A stretch of 64,000 nucleotides of DNA from Mobula hypostoma (lineage: Eukaryota): contig NC_086098.1 of the NCBI RefSeq assembly GCF_963921235.1, positions 806,001 to 870,000 of the forward strand, in the 5' to 3' direction. Every line of letters begins with the position of its first letter. The first letter of the stretch is position 1. This document shows, in pieces, positions 23,132 to 34,479 of the stretch. The translations under genes were made by a program, and so were the position numbers. The notes beneath the pieces were generated by a model. It did no database searches. It saw only the letters and a program-made list of their open reading frames with translations, and was not told the origin of the DNA.

Positions 23132-23968
23132 ACTAAGAACCTGGTGGCATGGTGCAAAGACAATAACTTATCCCTCAATGTCAGCAAGACAAAAGAATTG
23201 GTTGTTGACTTCAGAAGCAGTAGCGGACCGCACGACCCCATTTACATCGGTGGTGCGCAAGTGGAACAGGTCAAAAGCTTTAAGTTCCTTGGGGTCAATA
23301 TCACAAATGACCTGACTTGATGCAACCAAGCGGGGTCCACTGCCAAGAAGGCCCACCAGCACCTTTACTTCCTAAGGAAGCTAAGGAAATTTGGCCTGTC
23401 CCCTAAAACCCTCACTAATTTTTATAGATGCACCGTAGAAAGCATTCTTCCAGGGTGCATCACAACCTGGTATGGAAGTTGTCCTGTCCAAGACCGGAAG
23501 AAGCTGCAGAAGATCGTGAACACAGCCCAGCACATCACACAAACCAATCTTCCATCCTTGGACTCACTTTACACTGCACGCTGTCGGAGCAGTGCTGCCA
23601 GGATAATCAAGGACACGACCCACCCAGCCAATACACTTTTTGTCCCTCTTCCCTCAAGGCTCGGGAGCTTGAAGACTCGTATGGCCAGATTTGGGAACAG
23701 CTTCTTTCCAACTGTGATAAGACTGCTGAACAGATCCTGACTCGGATCTGGGTCATACCCTCCAAATATCCAGACCTGCCTCTCTTTTTTTTTTTTTTGC
23801 ACTTCCTTACTTTCTCTTTTCTGTTTTCTATTTATGATTTATAATTTAAATTTTTAATATTTACTATCGATTTGTACTCCAGGGAACTCAAAGAGCAGAA
23901 GCAAATATCGCTGTGATGATTGTACGCTCTAGTATCAATTGTTTGGCGACAATAAAGTATAAAGTATG
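23132..23968 (+). mobile_element. Rex1/Babar LINE 3' fragment (preceded by a 170-bp CR1 RT piece at 22958-23130)
   Basis: WCKDNNLSLNVSKTKELVVDFR, FLRKLRKFGL, FYRCTVESIL, RFGNSFFPTVIRLLN; ends AATAAAGTATAAAGTA. Confidence 0.87.
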
Positions 23969-23969
23969 A

Positions 23970-25200
23970 AGTAAAATCGGTCAAAACATTGGTCTTAGCG
24001 CATCCTTTCTCTATCATCTGCTTATCCTCCCTCTCGCACTGTCTCCAAGCTTTCGCTATTTGTGAGCCAACAGCCCATTCCTCCGTCTCTTCAGTTTGGT
24101 TCCCACCTCCCAATAATTCTAGCTTAAACTCTCCCCAACAGCCTTAGCAAACCTCCCTGCCAGGTTATTGGTCCTGCTCAGATTCAAGTTCAACCCGTCC
24201 TTTTTGTACAGGTCACGCTTGCCCCAGAAGAGTTTCCAATGATCCAGAAAACTGAATCCTTGCCACCTGCTCCAATCTCTCAGCTACGCATTTATCCTCC
24301 ACCTCATTCTATTCCTATACTCATTGTTGCATGGCACAGACAGTAATCCCGAGATTATTACCTTTGAGGTCCTACTTCTCAACTTCCTTCCTAACTCCCA
24401 ATAGACTCTTTTCAGGACTTCCTCCTTTTTCCTACCTATGTCGTTTGTACCAATATGTACCTCAACCTCTGGCTGTTCACCTTCCCTTTTCAGGATATTG
24501 TGGACGCGATCAGAAACATCCTGGACCTTGGCACCTGGGGGGCAAGCTACTTTCCGTGTTTCTTTCCTGTGTCCACAGAATCGCCTGTCTGGCCCCCTAA
24601 CTATAGAGTCCCCTATCACTGCTGCCATCCTCTTCCTTTCCCTACCCTTCTGAGCCACAGGGTCAGACTCTGTGCCAGAGGCACAACCACTGTTGCTTCT
24701 CCCAGGTAGGCCATTCCCCCCCCCAACAGTACTCAAACAGGAGTACTTATTGATAAGGGGCACAGCCACAGGAGTACTCTCTGGTACCTGATCCTTGCCG
24801 TTCCCTCTCCTGATTGTTACCCATTTTTCTGTCTCTTGAGGCACCAGTGTGACTACTTGACTATAGCTCCTCTGTATCACCTTCTCACTCTCCCTGACCA
24901 GATGAATGTCATCAAGCTGCAGCTCAATGCACCTGGTGCAGATGTGGCCTTCCGGGAGGCTGGGAGTCTCCCGAACTTCCCACATCTGACACCCAGTACA
25001 GAACAGCGGCCTCACAGACATACTTGCTGTTTCTATTCTTCACAGTTAACCTACCTCATCTCGACCCGTTATTGCCGAAGACCTGTTGAGCCAAAGCCCT
25101 CCTACTCTGACTTCATCGCCCGCACTTCAAGCCACTCACTCTATAAAGCTGTCTCCTTTTAAACTCTTCGTGCTTGTCTAACTCCCTGACATGGATGTTG
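23970..25200 (-). mobile_element. CR1 5' UTR + ORF1 (esterase type)
   Basis: ORF 24284-25021 contains CTGCQMWE..CTRC, VIGDSIVRG and VHIGTNDIG. Confidence 0.9.
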
Positions 25201-25637
25201 CCTAGGTCGGGGAGCATACCTTAGGTTGAGTGAACTTGGCCTTTTCTCCTCGAAGTGATGGATAATGAGAGGTGACCTGATAGAGGTGTATACGATGATG
25301 AGAGGCATTGATCGTGTGGATAGTCAGAGACTTTTTCCCAGGGCTGAAATGGCTAACGTGAGAGGGCACAGTTTTAAGGTGCTTGGAAGTAGGTACAGAG
25401 GAATATCAGGGTTAAGTTTTTACGCAGAGGATGGTGAGTGTGTGGAATGGGCTGCCGGCGTCCGTGGTGGAGGCGGATACAATAGGATCTTTAAAGAGAC
25501 TCCTGAATAGGTACATGGAGCTCAGAAAAATAGAGAGCTATGGGTAATCCTAGATAATTTCTAAACTAAGTACGTGTACAGCATAGCATTGTGGGCTGAA
25601 GGGCCTGTATCGTGCTGTAGGTTTTCTAGGTTTCTAC
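25200..25637 (+). mobile_element. CR1 3' fragment (family B)
   Basis: MRGDLIEVY..RGHSFKV; tail TTTCTAGGTTTCTA. Confidence 0.88.
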
Positions 25638-25639
25638 TA

Positions 25640-27240
25640 TTTGGAAGCCTCTATATGATTCCTATAATAATTTTTCTACCCATGCAGTTTCTTAACTCCA
25701 CCCACAAAGATTCAACATTCTCTGACCCTATGTCACCTCTTTCTAAAGATGTAATTCCATATCTTACCAACAAAGCCACACCACCACCTGTTCCTTCCTG
25801 TCTCTCCTTTTGTTACGTTATATCCCTTGATGTTAAGCTCCCAACTATGGCCTTCTTTCAGCCACGACCCAGCGATGCCTACAACATCATACCGACCAAT
25901 CTCTAATTGCGCCACAATTTCATCCACCTTATTTCAAATGGTACGTGCATTTAAATATAGCTCCCTCAGTCCTGCATTCTTTGCTCTTTTGAATTTTGTC
26001 TCAGTGGTACAATTTAACTCTCTGCTCTGTCTGCATTTGTACCCAACCATTGACCTGTCCTTCCTTACATTCATAATACACCCATCATCTACTTGTAAAC
26101 CTGCTGGCTCATCCTCAGCTCCATCATCCTGATTCCCATCCCACTGCCATATCAGTTTAAACCACTCCCAACAGCTCGTGTAAATCTGCCAGCAAGAATA
26201 TCGGTCTCCCTGGGATTCAAGATCAGCCTGTCCCTTTTGTACAGGTCTCACCTGCTGCAAAAGAGGTTCCAATGATCCAGAAATCTGAATCCCTGCCCCC
26301 TGCTCCAATCCCTCAGCATGCATTTTATCTGCCACTTCATTCTATTCCTATCCTCACTGACGAATGGCACAGGAAGCGATCCTGAGATTACTGCCTTTGA
26401 GGTCCTGCTTCTCAGCTTCCTTCCTACCTCCCTGTATTCTTTTTCAGGACCTCCTCCCTTTTTCTACCTATGTCATTGGTAGCAATATGTACCATGACTT
26501 CTGGCTGCTCACTCTCCCTTTTCAATATATTGTGGACACATCCAGAAACATTGCGAACTCTGGCACCTGGGAGGCAAACTACTATCCATGTTTCTATTTC
26601 CTGTCCACAGAATCACCTGTCTGACCCCTGACTCCCTTATTACTGATGCCAACCTCTTCAGTTCCCTACCCTTTTAAGCCACAGGCAGAGGCCAGAGGCA
26701 CATCCATTGTTGCTTCCCCCAGGTAGGTCAAAACCCCAAACAGTACTCAAACTGGAGTACTTATTGTTGAGGGGGATGGCCACAGGGGCCTCTCCACTAT
26801 CTGACATTCTCCCTTCCCTCTCCTGACAGTCACCCATTTATCTGTCTCCTGTAGCCTGGGGTGACCACCTCCCTGTAGCTCCTGTGTATCACTGCCTCAG
26901 TTTCACTAACAAGCCAAAAGTTATTGAGCTGTAGTTCAAGTTCCTTAATATGGTCTCTAAGGAGCTGCATCTTGATGCACCTGTCTCAGATGTGGTCACC
27001 GGGGAGGCTGAGAGGCTCTTCGAAATCCCACATCTGACACCGAGAACAGAACACTGGCTCTGTGGACATACCCCCTATTCTCTCTAGAGTATATGAACTC
27101 GTCTACTTACCTTGCCTCCACCTGTTCTTACCGAAGCCTTGTTGAACCTTAGACTACTCAGACAATGACCGCTCCCACAATGACCGCTCTTTAATACCAC
27201 TCGATAGTCGATACCACTCTTTATTAGTATTTCCAGTATT
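25640..27240 (-). mobile_element. CR1 5' half: 5' UTR, ORF1 esterase and start of APE
   Basis: LYLNARTI, DEIVAQLEIGRYDVVGI, plus ORF1 motifs homologous to 24284-25021. Confidence 0.85.
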
Positions 27241-27259
27241 TCTTTTATAGAATTCTCTA

Positions 27260-29285
27260 TCGTAGAGATGGACTCTCATCTCCCAGTACAACAGAGAACA
27301 GCCCTCATCTCCTGCTATAGCAGAGAAGGAGCCTCATCTCCCAATGGAGCAAAAAAGCACCATCAGCTCCTAGTACAGCAGAGAAGGACCCTGTTCTCTC
27401 AGTGTATTAGAGAAGGACCCTTATTTCCTAGTTTAGCAGAGAACGACCCTCATCTCTCTATTATAGAGGAGGTCTCTCATCTCCCAGTACAGCAGAGTAG
27501 AACCTCATCTCCCAATGTAGGAGTAAAGGACTCTTGTCTCTCTATTGTAGAGGAGGATCCTCATCTCCCGGTACAGCAGAGAAGGACTGTCATCTCTCGG
27601 TACAGCAGAGAAGTACCGTCAGGAGTCAGTACAGCAGAGAAGGATCCCCTCCTCACAGAAACGCAGAGGATCCTCATCTCTGAGTACAGGAGAGAAGGAC
27701 CCTATTCTACCAAGGTAGCAAAAAAGGGCCTTCATCCAGTAGAGTAGAGAGGAGCCTCTTCTCCCCGTGTTGCAGAAAAGGACTCTCATCTCCCAGTACA
27801 GTAGTGAAGGACTCTCATCCCACAGTACAGCAGAGAACAACCCTCACCTCCAAGTATAGCAGAGAAGGACCCTCATCACCCAGAGTATAAGAGATGGACT
27901 CTAATCTCTCTATGGTAGAGAAGGACCCTCGTCTCTCTATACTAAAGGAGGACCTCGTCTCTCAGTACAGCAGAGGAGAACCACCTTCTCCCAGAAGGAC
28001 TATCATCCCCCAGTAGAGCAGAGAATGACCCTCATCACACAGTGTAGTAGAGAAGGGCCTTCATCTTTCTGTAGTAGAGAAGGATCATCATCTCCCAGTA
28101 GAGCAGATATGGACCCTGTTCTCCCAGTACCACAGAGAAAGATCCTCATCTCCCAGTATAGCAGAGAAGGACCTTCAACACGCAGTGTAGTAGAGAAGGT
28201 CTTAGCTCTCTATAGTAGAGAAGGACTCTCATCTCTCTAAAGTAGGCAAAGATTCTCATCTCCAACAAAGAAGGACCCTGATCTCCCAGTATAACAGAGA
28301 AAAACATTCATCTCCCAATATAGAAAAAAGCACTCTCATTCCCCAATTACAGTTGAGAAGGAGCCTCATCATCCTGTGTGGAAGAGATGGACTCTCATCT
28401 CTCTATGACAGAGAAGGATCCTCTTCTCCCAGTGTAGTAGAGAAGGAGCCTCATCAAGCCATTAGGAGAGATGGACACTCCTCTCGTTACAGCAGAGAAG
28501 GACTCTCATCTCTCCATCGTACAGAAGGACCTACGTCTCTCTATAGTAGAGAAAGACACTCATCTTCCAGAGCAGCAGAGAATGACCCTCATCTCCCAAT
28601 GTAGCAAACGAGGACTGTCATTTCCCAGTACAGCAGAGAAGGGCTCTCATCTCCTTGTACAGCAGACTTTGACCCTCATCTTCCAGTACAGCAGAGAAGG
28701 ACACTCATCTCCCAGTCTAGGAGTGAAGGTCACTCATCTCGCTATTGTAGAGAAAGACTCTTAGCTCCCAGTGCAGCAGACAATGACCCCCATCTCCCAG
28801 TATAACAGAGAAGAACCCACACCTCCCGTGTAAGAGGTATGGATTCCCACCTCCCTATGGTAGAGAAGGGCCCACATATCTCTATCTCCCAGTATATCAG
28901 AAAAGTGCCCTCATCTGCCAGTATTTCAGAGATGGACTCTCATCTCCTAGTACAGCAGAGAAGTACCCTAATCTCCCTGTAGAGCAGAAAGGGACACTCC
29001 TCCCGAGTACCATGTCCCTTATTTTCAGTGTAAAACCCATGGACTCTTGTCACTCTGTAATGGAGGAAGACCCTCATCTAGTACATCAGAGAAGGACCCT
29101 CATTCCCCCACTGTAGGGAAAAAAGGACTCATCACACTGTAGTAGAGAAGAGCAGTCACCTCCTCATACAACAGAGATGGACACTCATCTCCCTGTACAG
29201 CTGAGATGGTCTCTCACCTCCTAGTAAATTAGAGAAAGATCCTCATCTCCCAGTATAGCAGAAAAAGACCATAATTTTCCAATGT
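27260..29285 (+). repeat. Degenerate tandem array, unit about 27-30 bp (consensus CTCATCTCCCAGTACAGCAGAGAAGGACC)
   Basis: Direct periodicity is visible throughout, for example GACTCTCATC at 27781 and 27810; there is a shorter variant CTCATCTCTCTATTGTAGAGAAGGAC. Confidence 0.93.
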
Positions 29286-29287
29286 AG

Positions 29288-29520
29288 TGTAACACCCTGA
29301 TAAAGGTTTCACTGCTAACGTAATGGTCTTTCTGTAGAAGCAGAGTTTGGGTGATAGTTAGAGATAATCGGTGCTTTGGAATGAGAGCCATCCAATCAGG
29401 GGAGTGGGTTTTATGCATGCCTGACACCAGTGTGAGCTGGGCACTTTGTTCGACGGGAGATGAAGAGTGAAGATGCTGGAGAGAACCAGTCGTAGGATTT
29501 GACCCAGTGGGGGACCATGA
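29288..29520. mobile_element. Possible LTR fragment
   Basis: Begins TGTAACACCCTG and contains a CCAAT box. It may resume after the CR1 insert and end at GATTACA near 30713, but no TSD was found. Confidence 0.3.
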
Positions 29521-29521
29521 C

Positions 29522-30593
29522 TAGAAAACATAGAAGCATAGAAAACCTATAGCACAATACAGGCCTTTCGACTGTGCCAAACATGCACTTACTTTAGAAA
29601 TTACCTAGGGTTACCATTAGCCCTCTATTTTTCTAATCTCCATGTACCTATCCAGGAGTCTCTTAAAAGACTCTATTGTATCAGCCTCCACCACCGTCGC
29701 CAGCAGCCTATTCACGTGCTCACCACTCTCTGTGTAATAAAAAAAACTTACCCCTGACATCTCCTGTCTGCTTACTTCCAAGCACCTTAAAACTGTGCCC
29801 TCTCATGTTAGCCATTTCAGCCCTGGGAAAAAGCCTCTGACTATCCACATGATCAATGCCTCTCATCATCTCATACACCTGTATCATCCTCTGTTGCTCC
29901 AAGGAGAAAAGACCGAGTTAACTCAACCGATTCTCATAAGGCATGCTCCCCAATCCAGGCAACATCCTTGTAAATCTCCTCTGCATCCTTTCTATAGTTT
30001 CCACATCCTTCCTATAGTGAGACAGCCAGAACTGAGCACATTACTCCAAGTGGGGTCTGACCAGGGTCCTATAAAGCTGTAACATTACCTCTCGGCTCTT
30101 AAACTCAATCCCACGATTGATGAAGGCCAATGCATCGTATGCTTTCTTAACCACAGAGTCAACCTGCACAGCAGCTTTGCGTGTCCTATGGACTCAAACC
30201 CCAAGATCCCTCTGATCCTCCACACTGCCAAGAGTGTTACCATTAATACTATATTCTGACATCATACTTGACCTACCAAAATGAACCACCTGACACTTAT
30301 CTGGGTTGAACTCCATCTGCCACTTCTCAGCCCAGTTTTGCATGCTATCAATGTCCCGCTGTAACCTCTGACAGTCCTCCACACTATCCACAACACCCCT
30401 AACCTTTGTGTCATCAGCAAATTTACTTACCCATCCCTCCACTTCCTCATCCAGGTCATTTATAAAAATAACAAAGAGATGGGGTCCTAGAACAAATCCC
30501 TGAGGCACACCACTGGTCACTGACCTCCATGCAGAATATGACCTGTCTACAACCACTCTTTGCCTTCTGTGGGCAAGCCAATTCTGGATCCAG
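29522..30593 (-). mobile_element. CR1 LINE 5'-truncated (family B)
   Basis: ORF 30194-30604 (VSKFADDTK); (TTTCTATG)n-type tail at 29522. Confidence 0.92.
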
Positions 30594-31509
30594 TTGTCAT
30601 GCATTCCATGCCACTAGACCCTAACCTCAACCTGTGGGCCTCCCCACGTTAAACAAAGTCATGCACAGGCATTCTCCATTAAGGGAACATCATACTCGAC
30701 TCGAGTGATTACATGAAAAAAAACATACAAACACAATGAGGTCCCACACCCTCCTATCAGGAACAGTTATTCCCCTGCAACCATCAGGCTCCAAAATGGG
30801 CGTGGATAACTTCTACCCAAATACAGACAAAATTGTCTCACCTTTGCATTAGAGTATAAAAATATAAAATTAATGCCAGAAAGATTTAGTCTGTAATAGG
30901 ATATCTGTTGCTCTTGCCAGTGTCCTGATTTTTATGCAGCATATGAATGGCCTTTCTCCAATTGACATCCCTGCATGCAGCAACTGCTGGAAGGAGTCAA
31001 GAATAATAATGGCTCCTGAAATCCTTTGAATACTAAAGTTCTAATATGTTTAAAATATGCCTTCATAGCCAGTGGCAGTCTCATTCTCCACACCACAGGA
31101 CAGAATAAACCGTGTCTTCTGTGTGATAAGTTCCGTGAAGGTAGCAAGCTCTGCAGTCATCCGTTAGTTTCTTTTCTTAAATTTCTTCTGGCAGCTGTGT
31201 CACTTGCCATTCCTTCTAAAACCCCTTGAGAAATGTCTGTAAAGAAGTGCTTTCAAGTTCTCTTCACTTTATTTGCTTTTGACCTTTTTGCTCATTGAGT
31301 TGATAATGAAATGAAAGGTATTAAAGAATCATAAGGACACTGGCAAATTTGCTATATTTGTTTTGAGATTGTGAAATATTTATTTTCATTTCCTCACATC
31401 CTTTTAAATATAATTGTATTCCTTGCTATTATAGCATGTCTAATGGTCTTCATTAAATGAAATATGAAGACTTTTAAGTTTGAAAGAAAGAAGGAAATAA
31501 AGAAGCAAA

Positions 31510-32282
31510 TAAGACCATAAGGCTATAAGACCATACGATATAGGCGCAGAATTAGGCCATTTAACCCATCAAGTCTGCTCCACCATTTCATCATGGCTGA
31601 TCCAATGTTCCTCTCAGCACCAATCTCCTGCCTTCTGGTTCTATCCCTTCATGACCCAACCCATCAAGAACCCGTCAACCTTTGTCTTAAATATACATAA
31701 AGACTTGGCCTGTGTTTACCACTCTCTGGCTAAAGAAATTCCTCCTCTTCACCATTCTCAAAAGACACCCATCTATTCTAAGCCTGTGTCCTCTGGTCTT
31801 AGACTCTCCCACCATGGGAAACATCCTCTCCACATCCACTCTATCAAAGCCTTTCACCATTCAATGGGTTTCAATGAGGTCACTCCTCATTCTTCTGCAT
31901 TCTAGTGAATACAGGCCCAGAGCCATCAAACACTTCATATGACAAGACATCCAATCCTGGAATCATTTTTGTGAATCTCCTTTGAACCCTCTCCGGTTTC
32001 AACACATCCTTTTAAAGATAAGGGGCCCAAAATCAGCTCACAATACTCCAACTGAAGCCTCACCAGTGCTTTATAAAATTTCAACATTACATCCTTGCTT
32101 TTATATTGTAGTCATCTAGAATGCTAACATTGCATTTGCCTTCCTCACGACAGACTCAACCTGCAAATTAACCGTTAAGGAATCCTGCACAAGGACTCCC
32201 AAGTCCCTTTACACCTCAGTTTTTTAAAATATTTTCTCGCATTTAGGAAAAAAGTCATCCCTTTCATTTCTTCTACCAAAGA
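31510..32282 (-). mobile_element. CR1 3' fragment, old
   Basis: Antisense of CR1 RT C-terminus and 3' UTR with a (TGGTCTTA)-type tail. Confidence 0.85.
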
Positions 32283-32982
32283 CCAGTGCGATCGCGGGAC
32301 CGTCGCAGCAGGAGAAGGAACAAGGGGCTCGGGAGAGAGCTGAGTGCTGGGAAGCAGCTGAGGAGCTGAGGTGAGTGTGATTTAAAAGAAGTGTGGAGGG
32401 CAACTGAAGGGTTAAACAGAGCATTGATTAGTTGATTAGAAGAACTGAGTACATAAAATAATTGGCAGGGACAAATAAAAGGAGGGGTAACTGAAGAGGA
32501 GCGGCCAGTGTGTGAGTGGCTCAGGGTTGGAGTGGAGCTTTGAGGCTTTGGCTTGAGGCTTCGGTGAGCAGAGGCTGAGGACGAACCTGCTCCCAATGAG
32601 GTAAGGCCGGGTAAGTTCCTTTAAATTAACTTAATTAACTTAAGAGTACGTAATGGAAGCAGCAGTTAGGGCAGTTGACTGCTCCGTATGCAATATGTGG
32701 GAAGTCAAGGTGAGCACAATCGTCCCTGATGACTGCACCTGCAAAAGGTTCATCCAGCTGCAGCTCCTGACAAACCGAGTTAGGGAATTGGAGCTGGAGC
32801 TGGATGAACTTCGGATCATTCGGGAGGCAGAGGCAGAAATAGACAGATGTTTCAGGGAGACAGTCACCTCTAAAACTCAAGAGGTAGGTAGCTGGGTGAC
32901 TGTCAGGAGAGGGAAAGGGAATAGACAGAAGGAACAGAGCACCCCTGTAGCCATTCCCATCAACAATAAGTATACCGTTTTA
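32283..32982 (+). mobile_element. CR1 5' UTR and ORF1 N-terminus
   Basis: ORF 32653-32997 reads CSVCNMWE..CTCKRFIQLQLLTNRVRELELELDEL; CpG-rich 5' end. Confidence 0.88.
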
Positions 32983-33776
32983 GAAACAGAAACATAGAAA
33001 ACCTACTGCACAGTACAGGCCCTTTGGCCCACAAAGTTGTGCCGAACATGTCCCTACCTTAGAAGTTACTAGGCTTACCTATAGCCCTCTATTTTTCTAA
33101 ACTCCATGTATCTATCCAAAAGTCTCTTAAAAGACCCTTTCGTACCCACCTCCACTACCATTGCCGGCATGCACTACCACGAACTCACCACTCTCTGCGT
33201 AAAAAACTTACCCCTGACGTCTCCTCTGTACCTACTCCCCAGCACCTTAAACCTGTGTCCTCTTGTAGCAACCATTTCAGCCCTGGGAAAAAGCCTCTAA
33301 CTATCCACATGATCAATGCCTCTCATCATCTTCTAGATCTCTGTCAGGTCACCTCTCATCCTCCGTCGCTCCAAGGAGAAAAGGCCAAGTTCACTCAACC
33401 TATTCTCATAAGGCATGCTCCCCAATCCAGGTAACATCCTTGTAAATCTCCTCTGCACCTTTTCTATAGCTTCCACATCCTTCCTGTAGTGAGGCAACCA
33501 GAACTGAGCACAGTACTCTAAGTGGGGTCTGACCAGGGTCCTATATAGCTGCAACATTACCTCTCGGCTCCTAAATTCAATTCCACGATTGATGAAGGCC
33601 AATGCACAGTATGCCTTCTTAACCACAGAGTCAACCTGCGCAGCTGCTTTGAGCGTCCTATGGACTCGGACCCCAAGATCCCTCTGATCCTCCACACTGC
33701 CAAGAGTCTTATCATTAATACTATATTCTGCCATCATATTTGACCTACCAAAATGAACCACCTCACACTTATCTGG
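32983..33776 (-). mobile_element. CR1 3' fragment (family B)
   Basis: KCEVVHFG...RPHLEYCAQFW...RRRMRGDL; tail at 32983. Confidence 0.92.
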
Positions 33777-34200
33777 AATGAAAGGGGAAAGAGTGGCATT
33801 AATAGTCCGGGAAAATATCACAGCTGTGAGTAGACAGGACAGCCCGGAGGGCTCGTCTACAAAGGCCATATGGGTGGAGCTGAGGAATGGGAAAGGTGTG
33901 ACCACACTAATAGGGTTGTATTATAAACCACCCAATTGTCAGAGAGAATGGGAGGAGCAAATCTGTAGAGAGATAGCAGACTGATGTAAGAAACAGAAAG
34001 TTGTAATAGTAGGGGATTTTAACTTTCCACATATTGACTGGGACTCCCACACTGTGAAAGGGCTAGATGGCTTGGAGTTTGTCAAATGTGTTCAGAAAAG
34101 TTTTCTAAATCAATATATAGAGGTACCTAAGAGAGAGGATGTAATACTTGATCTCCTATTAGGGAACCAGACAGGTCAGGTGACAGAAGTATGTGTAGGC

Positions 34201-34451
34201 TGTAGTTGCACGCAGACACGCTACTAAAGAAACACGTGGAGGCAGAGAGAGCTGAGCTCAGAATGCCTTTACTGATTCAAAATTGCACGCTTAAATCTCC
34301 CCTCTCATGGGCCCCTGCGACCCACAGGGCAGACGTGACGTCAGACTGTCCCCGGAAGGTCCGCCCTGAGCGGGTAGTTCCAAACGCGCTACAGCATGTC
34401 TACCTGTGGCTCCTGATGGAGGTTCGAGTCCCTCGTGTGCAGGCCACCACA
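34201..34451 (-). repeat. 3' LTR of the Gypsy element
   Basis: Ungapped match to 38217-38467. A G-rich PPT-like tract on the minus strand lies adjacent (34452-34472). Confidence 0.95.
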
Positions 34452-34479
34452 CCCACACCACCCACCCCCCAGAAACATC

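Noticed and set aside
24284..25021. Host SGNH/GDSL esterase gene
   Set aside because: It is the known esterase-type ORF1 of CR1 elements, present in several decayed copies adjacent to ORF2.
27268..28764. ORFs of 71-159 aa with repeated QYSREG/QQRRT motifs as a repetitive protein
   Set aside because: They are chance translations of a 29-bp tandem repeat whose unit is not a multiple of three.
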